From Bacteroidales bacterium (GTDB lineage Bacteria > Bacteroidota > Bacteroidia > Bacteroidales > UBA7960): 58,734 nt of DNA. The stretch covers positions 1 to 58,734 of the forward strand of contig JAHYJP010000003.1 in the NCBI GenBank assembly GCA_019429055.1, read 5' to 3'. The position numbers were made by a program, and so were the translations under genes. The notes under the pieces were generated by a model. That model was not told the DNA's origin. It ran no database searches and saw nothing but the letters and a program-made list of their open reading frames with translations. Position 1 is the stretch's first letter. The number at the start of each line of letters is the position of its first letter. Below are positions 46,656-54,028 of this stretch, piece after piece.

Positions 46656-49600
46656 ATGAGTGAAGAAATTCTCAAAGCCCTGATGCAACTCTTTGCCATC
46701 ATTGCAAGGCAGGATGTTGGTTTGTCATTGAGGGAAAGAGAATTTGTGGAAAGCTTTTTAAAGCAACAGCTCAGCGAAAGCTCCGTTAATGAATATTTAA
46801 AACTGTTTGATAGTTACATTTTACAGGAAGGAAAAACCAGGGAGGAAAATGATTCCGGAGAGGTGAAATTAACTTCGGTAAAAGACTCTGTAAAAATCCT
46901 GGGTATTGCAAAAAAAATCAATCGAACTCTTGCCCAGAAACAAAAGGTGGTAGTTCTGATCAGATTGCTGGAGCTGATTAATTCTGATCAGAATTTTACA
47001 CCACAAAGAATGGCAATTATCAACACCGTTTCTGAAGTATTTAATATAAGCAAACAGGAGTATAAGGCAATCTCGGGCTTTGTTATCAGGGAGGAATCTG
47101 AGGAACTCGATATCCCGGAGATACTCATTTCTCACTCGTATCCAAATCAAAATATAAACTCACATTTTATCCTGTCGCATCAACTTAGTGGCAGCATTAT
47201 CATCCTGAGGGTGCAAAGCGTTGATTTGTATTTTTTAAAATATACCGGCAACAGTGAATTGATGCTTAACGGACTACCTGTAAAATCAGGCCGGATATAT
47301 AATTTTGCAAATGGTTCAGTTCTTAAACAACCCATTGGCAAACCCATTTTTTACAGCGACATAGTCGCAAAATTTATTTCGGACACTGTAGAAACCAATA
47401 TTTTCTTTAGTGTCGAGAATGTAAGCCATATTTTTCCCAACGGCTGCATGGGGCTTGAAAAAATCAACATCAGCGAAATTTCGGGTAAAATGGTGGCAAT
47501 TATGGGCAACAGCGGATCCGGAAAAACTACTTTGCTGAATGTTCTTTCGGGGTCAGAGAACCCATCGCATGGAAAAGTAAATATCAACACCATAAATGTA
47601 CACTCCGACAAAGAAAAAATAAAAGGGGTAATTGGTTATATTCCCCAGGATGACCTGCTGATTGAAGAGCTCACTGTTTATGAAAATCTCTTTTACAGCA
47701 CCATGCTGGTATTCAGAGATCATTCAACACTACAGATCACCGAAAAGGTTGATAAAATGCTTACCAGTCTGGGGTTATACCAAATAAGGAATCTGAAAGT
47801 AGGCAACCCCATGAATAAAAAGATCAGCGGAGGCCAGCGCAAAAGACTCAACATCGGACTTGAACTTATTCGCGAACCTTCAGTACTTTTTGTGGATGAA
47901 CCCACATCTGGTCTTTCTTCGCGCGATTCTGAAAATGTAATGGAATTGCTGAGGGAGCTTACAGTAAGGGGAAAACTCATTTTTGTTGTAATTCACCAGC
48001 CTTCATCTGAAATCTTTAAAATGTTTGATAAGGTAGTTATTCTTGATGATGGTGGTGTGCAAATCTACTATGGTAATCCTGTGGAGGCTGCTATCTACTT
48101 TAAAAAAATTGATAACCAGATCAACAGCGATGTGGGCGAATGCCCCAAATGCGGTAATGTTACTCCTGAAGCCATCTTTAACATCATTGAATCTCAAATT
48201 GTTGATGAGTATGGCAAAACAACAGGCTTGAGAAAAGTACAGCCTAAGGAGTGGGCAAGGTATTTTGAAAATTTTTACAAGCCGGAAAAAGAACTGCAAA
48301 AGAAAACAGACCTGCCCGCCACGTATATGAAACAAGGCTGGTGGAGGCAGTTAAATATCTATTTCAGACGCGATATCAGTTCCAAACTTGCCAACAGGCA
48401 ATACATCCTTCTGAATTTACTTGAGGCCCCGGTTTTGGCATTTTTGCTGGCCTATATTATCAGGTATATCGACGATCCGGCATCTGGTGTTTATATTTTC
48501 AGAGAGAATGCCAACATAATGCCCTACCTGTTTATGTGTACGATTGTGGCACTGTTTACAGGCTTGATTGTTAGTGCCGAGGAAATTTTCAAAGACCGGA
48601 AAATACTCAAACGCGAATCGTTCCTGAACCTCAGCAGAAGCAGCTATCTGATCTCTAAAATCAATATTCTTTTTCTCATTTCAGCCATTCAGGCAATATT
48701 GTTTATATGGGTTGGTAACAGTGTGCTGGGCATCAAAGGGATGTACTTTGAGTACTGGCTGGTATTCTTTTCATTAGCTGCCCTGGCCAATGTAATCGGG
48801 CTCAATATTTCATCTGCATTCAATTCAGCAGTTACAATTTATATCATTATTCCCTTTTTAATTATACCTCAAATGGTGCTTACCGGGGCCATGTTCAGTT
48901 TCGACAGGATCAACTTTAACCTCGGGGGTGGACGTGAAAAGGTTCCTGTTATTGCCGAAATAATGCCATCCCGTTGGGCTTTTGAAGCACTTGCTGTAAA
49001 TCAGTTTATGAATAATGATTATGAAAAACACTTTTATGATATGCGAAAGCTTGAGAGTGCTTTCAATTTTAAAAATGTGTATTACATTCCGGAGTTAAAA
49101 GGATACGTTGAATCATATAAATCGAGAGTTATTGCAGGAGATGATGACCCTTTAAAAAAAGCTGACATTCTTCTTCTCCACAATGAAATATTAAAGGAAA
49201 ATAGTTCATTTTATGCTGACCATCATCAGATAATATTCGAAGATGTAAGCAGCATAAGTCCGGAAAATTTTAATTTGAATACGGCTGATGCAATTCTTTT
49301 TTACCTTGAAAAACTGGAAAGTTTTTACAGTGAAAACTTTAACAGGGTCAACTCCATTATCGACAGGCAAATTTCTGAAATGGTGAGCACCCCTGAGAAA
49401 AGGAAGGAGTACCAGCAATGGTATGATGAAAATTATAACTCGCCCCTTGCGGCATTCGTTAAAAATACATACGCTCCCCTACCCCTTGTAAGGCTCGGAA
49501 ATAAACTTGTTCAAAAGATAGACCCGGTATATCTCGACCCTTCTGACAGGCGTTTGCTCAGTTTCAGGTCGCATTTCCTGGCACCGAATAAAAACATTGC

Positions 49601-49835
49601 AGGAAGATTGGTCCCTACCTTCTACCTGAATATTACCATACTATGGTTTTTCACATTAATAGCATATCTGGCCTTGTATTTCGATATTCTCAAAAAGCTT
49701 CTTTTGTTTTTTGAAAGAAATTCCGGCAATAGTAAATCATCATTAAATGAAAATGAAAAGAATCCCATAGGAAAAAAGCTGTTTTACAAGGACCTGGAAG
49801 ATGAAAGGATTTTATCGAACACAAATTTCAATTGA
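46656..49835 (+). CDS. ABCG-type ABC transporter, fused ATPase and ABC-2 permease, with extra N-terminal modules
   Basis: 1059-aa ORF. It has Walker A 'GNSGSGKTTLLNVLSG', the signature plus Walker B 'ISGGQRKRLNIGLELIREPSVLFVDEPTSGLSS' and the H-loop 'VVIHQPS'. These are followed by about 6 TM helices and a C-terminal extension with one more TM. About 270 aa precede the ATPase: a helical TerB-like segment (aa 1-150) and a beta-rich FHA-like segment (aa 170-250). Both of those assignments are low confidence. Confidence 0.85.
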   Translation: MSEEILKALMQLFAIIARQDVGLSLREREFVESFLKQQLSESSVNEYLKLFDSYILQEGKTREENDSGEVKLTSVKDSVKILGIAKKINRTLAQKQKVVVLIRLLELINSDQNFTPQRMAIINTVSEVFNISKQEYKAISGFVIREESEELDIPEILISHSYPNQNINSHFILSHQLSGSIIILRVQSVDLYFLKYTGNSELMLNGLPVKSGRIYNFANGSVLKQPIGKPIFYSDIVAKFISDTVETNIFFSVENVSHIFPNGCMGLEKINISEISGKMVAIMGNSGSGKTTLLNVLSGSENPSHGKVNINTINVHSDKEKIKGVIGYIPQDDLLIEELTVYENLFYSTMLVFRDHSTLQITEKVDKMLTSLGLYQIRNLKVGNPMNKKISGGQRKRLNIGLELIREPSVLFVDEPTSGLSSRDSENVMELLRELTVRGKLIFVVIHQPSSEIFKMFDKVVILDDGGVQIYYGNPVEAAIYFKKIDNQINSDVGECPKCGNVTPEAIFNIIESQIVDEYGKTTGLRKVQPKEWARYFENFYKPEKELQKKTDLPATYMKQGWWRQLNIYFRRDISSKLANRQYILLNLLEAPVLAFLLAYIIRYIDDPASGVYIFRENANIMPYLFMCTIVALFTGLIVSAEEIFKDRKILKRESFLNLSRSSYLISKINILFLISAIQAILFIWVGNSVLGIKGMYFEYWLVFFSLAALANVIGLNISSAFNSAVTIYIIIPFLIIPQMVLTGAMFSFDRINFNLGGGREKVPVIAEIMPSRWAFEALAVNQFMNNDYEKHFYDMRKLESAFNFKNVYYIPELKGYVESYKSRVIAGDDDPLKKADILLLHNEILKENSSFYADHHQIIFEDVSSISPENFNLNTADAILFYLEKLESFYSENFNRVNSIIDRQISEMVSTPEKRKEYQQWYDENYNSPLAAFVKNTYAPLPLVRLGNKLVQKIDPVYLDPSDRRLLSFRSHFLAPNKNIAGRLVPTFYLNITILWFFTLIAYLALYFDILKKLLLFFERNSGNSKSSLNENEKNPIGKKLFYKDLEDERILSNTNFN

Positions 49836-49934
49836 ATTTTTAGTTACTGTTAAAATGGGTTATTTGCATAACCAATATGTTTCAAATATCGTAAAACCTA
49901 ATTGCACTATACACAGAACAAAAAAACCATCATT

Positions 49935-50843
49935 ATGAAAAAACAAAAAACAATACTGGTAATCTTGTTACTTATCCTGGGGCAATTTATGTCAGGGTGT
50001 CAGCAAGGTCAAAGGCAGGAAGCATCAGATTTGCTCTCCGATTCTTTCAGTGAAGGTGATTTAAGGCTCAACAATGCCATGATTGCCGAAGTTATTTCTT
50101 CCGTGCCTAACCCGGTTGAAATTACCTCAATTCTCCAGAAATCCGGAGTTGTTTATTCGCAGGATCTATTAAACCCTGCAGGTAATATAAGTAATTACAA
50201 TACCAACTTTCAGCGTGCACTCAATATTGGAGTTTACGGCACTGACCTGATATATATGAACATATATGATCGTACCGTTGCAACTTTAAGATACCTAAGC
50301 AATATCAGGGAACTGGCCGGTGATCTGAGAGTAGAACAATTCTTTGATTATGCAACATTAAACAGACTATCAGAAAGCAGTAAAAATGTTGATTCTGTTT
50401 TATTTATCACCAATACAGGTTTTGATAAAATGTCGAGATACCTGATTGACCAGGGAAGAAGCAATATTGCCGTACTTATTTCTGCAGGTACCTGGATTGA
50501 AAGCCTTTACATTGCTGCACATGCACAAACTACTGAAGCCAACAGAGAAACTATTAATAAAAGAATAGGTGAGCAGAAAAAAGTACTTGATAACCTGCTT
50601 TTGTTAATGAATTTTTATGGCGCAGATTCCGGTCTGGATGAACTCATTGAAGACCTTATGACAGTTAAAAAAGAATTTGATAATGTAACCATTACCTATC
50701 AATACGCCGAACCATCCATAAGAGAATCTGACGGTATGCTTGTAGTTGTTGACAATTCAAGAAGCAAAGTAGATATCAGCGACGAAACAGTCAGAAATAT
50801 TGCTAATGCCATAGCGGTTGTTCGTAATAAAATTATTGAATGA
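49935..50843 (+). CDS. Hypothetical lipoprotein
   Basis: From ATG 49935 (MKKQKTILVILLLILGQFMSGC), which gives a lipobox. The rest is predicted to be mostly helical. I recognise no family. The ORF-track start at 49902 is a TTG. Confidence 0.55.
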   Translation: MKKQKTILVILLLILGQFMSGCQQGQRQEASDLLSDSFSEGDLRLNNAMIAEVISSVPNPVEITSILQKSGVVYSQDLLNPAGNISNYNTNFQRALNIGVYGTDLIYMNIYDRTVATLRYLSNIRELAGDLRVEQFFDYATLNRLSESSKNVDSVLFITNTGFDKMSRYLIDQGRSNIAVLISAGTWIESLYIAAHAQTTEANRETINKRIGEQKKVLDNLLLLMNFYGADSGLDELIEDLMTVKKEFDNVTITYQYAEPSIRESDGMLVVVDNSRSKVDISDETVRNIANAIAVVRNKIIE

Positions 50844-50923
50844 AACGAAACCGAGCTGATAATTGAATGACTATGCCTTATTTAACACTGAAAAGAATTG
50901 TAAAACACCAAAAACGATTTAAA

Positions 50924-51364
50924 ATGAAAAAATATATTTTACTTTTTAGTTTGATTTTCCTTGTATTGTCTGTCAATAAGAGTTACTCGCAATGCGGAGA
51001 TGCCCTCCTGCAAATATGCCACAGCAAACTGGAAGATGCAAGGTTTATAAAAAGCTGGCCCATACAACTTCCTTCAAGAGCCAGGGGAGAAACACTCCCA
51101 CAGGTAAGTTTTAAACTTCCTCTAACCAGCGGAAATACATACAAGATCTTTGCCTGCAATGCATCTGAATACCAGGGTAAGGTAATTGTGAGTATCCGAA
51201 ACCAGAATGACGACCTGGTGGTTACATCTTATGTGGTTGAACAGAACAGGCATATTCCTGTGATTTTGTTTCCTGTTTCCATGAGCGGAATCTACACTTT
51301 CAGCTTCTACTTTGAGGATGGGAAAGAAGGTTGCGCCGTTGGAGTTGTATCAATTGCCGATTAG
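50924..51364 (+). CDS. Hypothetical small secreted Cys-containing protein
   Basis: From ATG 50924 (MKKYILLFSLIFLVLSVNKSYSQ), which gives a signal peptide. The mature part is about 125 aa, beta-rich, with 4 Cys. I recognise no family. Confidence 0.5.
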   Translation: MKKYILLFSLIFLVLSVNKSYSQCGDALLQICHSKLEDARFIKSWPIQLPSRARGETLPQVSFKLPLTSGNTYKIFACNASEYQGKVIVSIRNQNDDLVVTSYVVEQNRHIPVILFPVSMSGIYTFSFYFEDGKEGCAVGVVSIAD

Positions 51365-51482
51365 TTCTGAAACCACAAATAATTCCCGGAATCGGCATAA
51401 AATCTTGTTTTTAAGTAAAACTCGGTAATTAAGTGTTCGGGTTTTTCTTAGTTTAGCGTACTTTCTCCAAATATATAATATC

Positions 51483-51875
51483 ATGAATACCAGCAAGAAA
51501 AAGCAAATATTTGTAATTGAAGACAACAAAACCGAAGGTATGTTGCTTAAACTTTGTTTGGGGTCAGTTAAGAATGTATCAGTTACTAATTATAGCTATG
51601 GTGAAGAACTTCTGAAAAACCTTGACAAGCATCCGGAAATAGTAATTGCCGATATGATGCTTCCTGATATTGCAGGCGAAGAACTTATCCATGCAATCAA
51701 GGAAAACAGTCCGCAAACAGAGGTTATTGTGGTTTCCTCCCAGAAAGATGTTGATCTGATAGCGAGGGTTCAGGAAATGGGTATATACAATTACCTGGTA
51801 AAGAGCGAAACCTGCATGGAATTGCTTCAGAAGGCCATAGAAGATCTCACCTTTCTTATAGATAACAGACGATAA
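51483..51875 (+). CDS. Stand-alone response-regulator receiver protein
   Basis: 130-aa ORF. It has 'IFVIEDN', the phospho-acceptor context 'VIADMMLPDIAG', 'VIVVSS' and 'YNYLVKS' (conserved Lys). There is no output domain. Confidence 0.85.
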   Translation: MNTSKKKQIFVIEDNKTEGMLLKLCLGSVKNVSVTNYSYGEELLKNLDKHPEIVIADMMLPDIAGEELIHAIKENSPQTEVIVVSSQKDVDLIARVQEMGIYNYLVKSETCMELLQKAIEDLTFLIDNRR

Positions 51876-51894
51876 GAACTTACTGGTTTAATCC

Positions 51895-51922
51895 AACGGG
51901 CTTTGCAAAGCCCGTTTTTTTA
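51895..51922 (+). terminator. Rho-independent terminator
   Basis: The stem pairs aacgggcttt (51895-51904) with aaagcccgtt (51907-51916) and is followed by T7. By eye, this is the first strong GC hairpin plus T-run downstream of 40510. Confidence 0.7.
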
Positions 51923-51946
51923 TTTCATATCTGTTCCTTATTGATT

Positions 51947-51954
51947 TATATTTG
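51947..51954 (+). promoter_or_regulatory. Candidate -7 promoter box (TATATTTG)
   Basis: A TAnnTTTG match 225 nt upstream of ATG 52180. The extended context 'gatttatatttgct' resembles 'gattatatttgct' at 53926-53939. Confidence 0.35.
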
Positions 51955-52179
51955 CTAAATTTAGTTAGGATTTCTTGCGTCATACGATGGCTGTTAATAA
52001 CTTTCGTAAGTTATAAATCCTGTAAATGAAAAACCAACAGGAAAAATATCTGTTATTTTTTAGTTATTCGTAAAAAGTAACTTCAAATAGAGAAATCCCG
52101 TAAATAGTTTAAAGAAATTTTTGATAAATTGGCCACGTTTTAAATAAACATAAAAAGTACAGGTAATTATTCCCGCATT

Positions 52180-52617
52180 ATGAATAAAAATGTAACCATT
52201 ATTATTGCCGAGGATGATGAAGGACATGCTTTTCTCATCAAAAGAAATCTCAGCAAATCGGGTTTAATTAACCCTATCATTCATTTTAAGGATGGAGACG
52301 AAGTTCTTAATTTTTTCAAACAGATCAGCAAAGGAGAACTTGCAGATCCTGGCAAAGGATATATTGTTTTGCTGGATATTAAGATGCCAAAGGTTGATGG
52401 TACGGAGGTGCTTGAAAAAATGAAATCGGATCAGGTGCTGAGAAAAATTCCCATCATAATGATAACTACTACCGATGCACCTGCCGAAGTTGAACTTTGT
52501 CATAAACTGGGCTGTAACAGTTATATCGTGAAACCTATCGATTATGAAAAATTCATTGATGTAGTTAAGAGACTGGGTTATTTTCTTGAAATAGTAGAAA
52601 TTCCAAATGCAGGTTAA
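52180..52617 (+). CDS. Stand-alone response-regulator receiver protein
   Basis: 145-aa ORF. It has 'IIIAEDDEGH', 'IVLLDIKMPKVDG', 'IIMITTT' and 'NSYIVKP'. There is no output domain. Confidence 0.9.
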   Translation: MNKNVTIIIAEDDEGHAFLIKRNLSKSGLINPIIHFKDGDEVLNFFKQISKGELADPGKGYIVLLDIKMPKVDGTEVLEKMKSDQVLRKIPIIMITTTDAPAEVELCHKLGCNSYIVKPIDYEKFIDVVKRLGYFLEIVEIPNAG

Positions 52618-52620
52618 AAC

Positions 52621-53877
52621 ATGGCAAAAACCAGGAAAGCGAAGTCGGAAACGGGGCAAAAAAACCTGATTCCTGTATGGATTATTGAAGATGACCAGTA
52701 TCTTAATGGTATTATTAAACGAACTCTCCAAAAGCAGGGATTTAATTGTATTTCATTTCTGAGTGCAAAAGAAACATCCGATCACATCAATACATTTCCT
52801 GGAGGCAAGATAAATGCAATCATGCTTATTGACTACCTGCTTGGAGAAAGTGATGCAGTTAAACTGCTGAATGAAATAAATGAACTTGGGTATTCTATCC
52901 CGTTTGTTGTAATGACAGGTCAGGGCAGCCAGAAGACAGCCGTTGAGCTTATGAAATTGGGTGCGATGGACTATGTCATTAAAGAAGATGATTTCGTTGA
53001 CCAGATTGTTAGAAGCCTGATGCATGTTACAGAAAAAATTGCTGTTAACCGGAAGCTTGAAGAATCAAAAAAGAAATTAAAATCGAATGCCGAAAAACTC
53101 AAAGCTCTCAACGATGAAATCATAATGCAGAAAATCCTCGTTGAGAATGAAAAGGCCAAAACAGACAAGTTGCTGCAAAGTATTTTGCCATTGAAAATTG
53201 CCAATGAGCTTCTTGATAAAGGTTATACAAAACCCAGGGAGTACGATTCAGTTTCTATTCTTTTTGCTGATGTGATTGGGTTTTCTGACCTGGCTAAAAG
53301 CAGTCCGGCTATTGAACTGGTTACCCGTCTCGATAATTACTTTTACATTTTTGATGAGATAATAGAGCAATTCGGATTGGAAAAAATTAAAACCATCGGT
53401 GATTGTTATATGTGTGCGGGTGGCATACCTGAAGAAAATAATCATAATGCTGTTATTGCTGTAATAGTAGGATTGAAAATACAGGCAACTACTCTTAGTT
53501 TGCTCGATGAGAACGATGAAAGCCTCCCCAGTTTCAGGCTGAGGCTGGGTATTCATAGCGGGCCGGTGGTAGCAGGCGTTGTAGGTAAAAATAAATTCGT
53601 TTATGATATTTGGGGAGACGCCGTAAATATTGCAAGCAGGATTGTTGAAGCCAGCGAAAGAGACAAAGTGAATATTTCCGAAGAGACATATAAGCTGGTA
53701 AAAAAGTATTTTATTTTCTCTGAAAGAGGCGAAATCATTACCAAAAGGAATTATCCCATAAAGATGTATTTTGTTGAGCGGTTAAAACCTGAGTATTCTG
53801 CTGATGATGAAGGTTTATCGCCCAGTAAAAAATTACTTAAAGAACTCAACATTAACCAGGGTGTAAAATACTATTAA
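52621..53877 (+). CDS. Response regulator fused to a class III adenylate cyclase
   Basis: 418-aa ORF starting 3 nt after the previous stop. The receiver motifs are 'VWIIEDDQ', 'IMLIDYLLG', 'VVMTGQG' and 'KLGAMDYVIK'. A coiled coil follows. The cyclase motifs are 'VSILFADVIGFS', 'KIKTIGDCYMCAGG', 'LRLGIHSGPVVAGVVG' and 'YDIWGDAVNIASR'. Confidence 0.9.
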   Translation: MAKTRKAKSETGQKNLIPVWIIEDDQYLNGIIKRTLQKQGFNCISFLSAKETSDHINTFPGGKINAIMLIDYLLGESDAVKLLNEINELGYSIPFVVMTGQGSQKTAVELMKLGAMDYVIKEDDFVDQIVRSLMHVTEKIAVNRKLEESKKKLKSNAEKLKALNDEIIMQKILVENEKAKTDKLLQSILPLKIANELLDKGYTKPREYDSVSILFADVIGFSDLAKSSPAIELVTRLDNYFYIFDEIIEQFGLEKIKTIGDCYMCAGGIPEENNHNAVIAVIVGLKIQATTLSLLDENDESLPSFRLRLGIHSGPVVAGVVGKNKFVYDIWGDAVNIASRIVEASERDKVNISEETYKLVKKYFIFSERGEIITKRNYPIKMYFVERLKPEYSADDEGLSPSKKLLKELNINQGVKYY

Positions 53878-53929
53878 ACCATTCGCAAAACCTCATTCTT
53901 TTAAAATCTGCAAATTGCCTACTTATGAT

Positions 53930-53937
53930 TATATTTG
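53930..53937 (+). promoter_or_regulatory. Candidate -7 promoter box (TATATTTG)
   Basis: A TAnnTTTG match 91 nt upstream of ATG 54029. Confidence 0.35.
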
Positions 53938-54028
53938 CTGTTAATTGGTTGTCAGGTAGTTCTTATTACCTAACTTTATATGCTAATTTTAAAGTATAAC
54001 AAGGAATTTACCAAGAATTAAACCCGTT

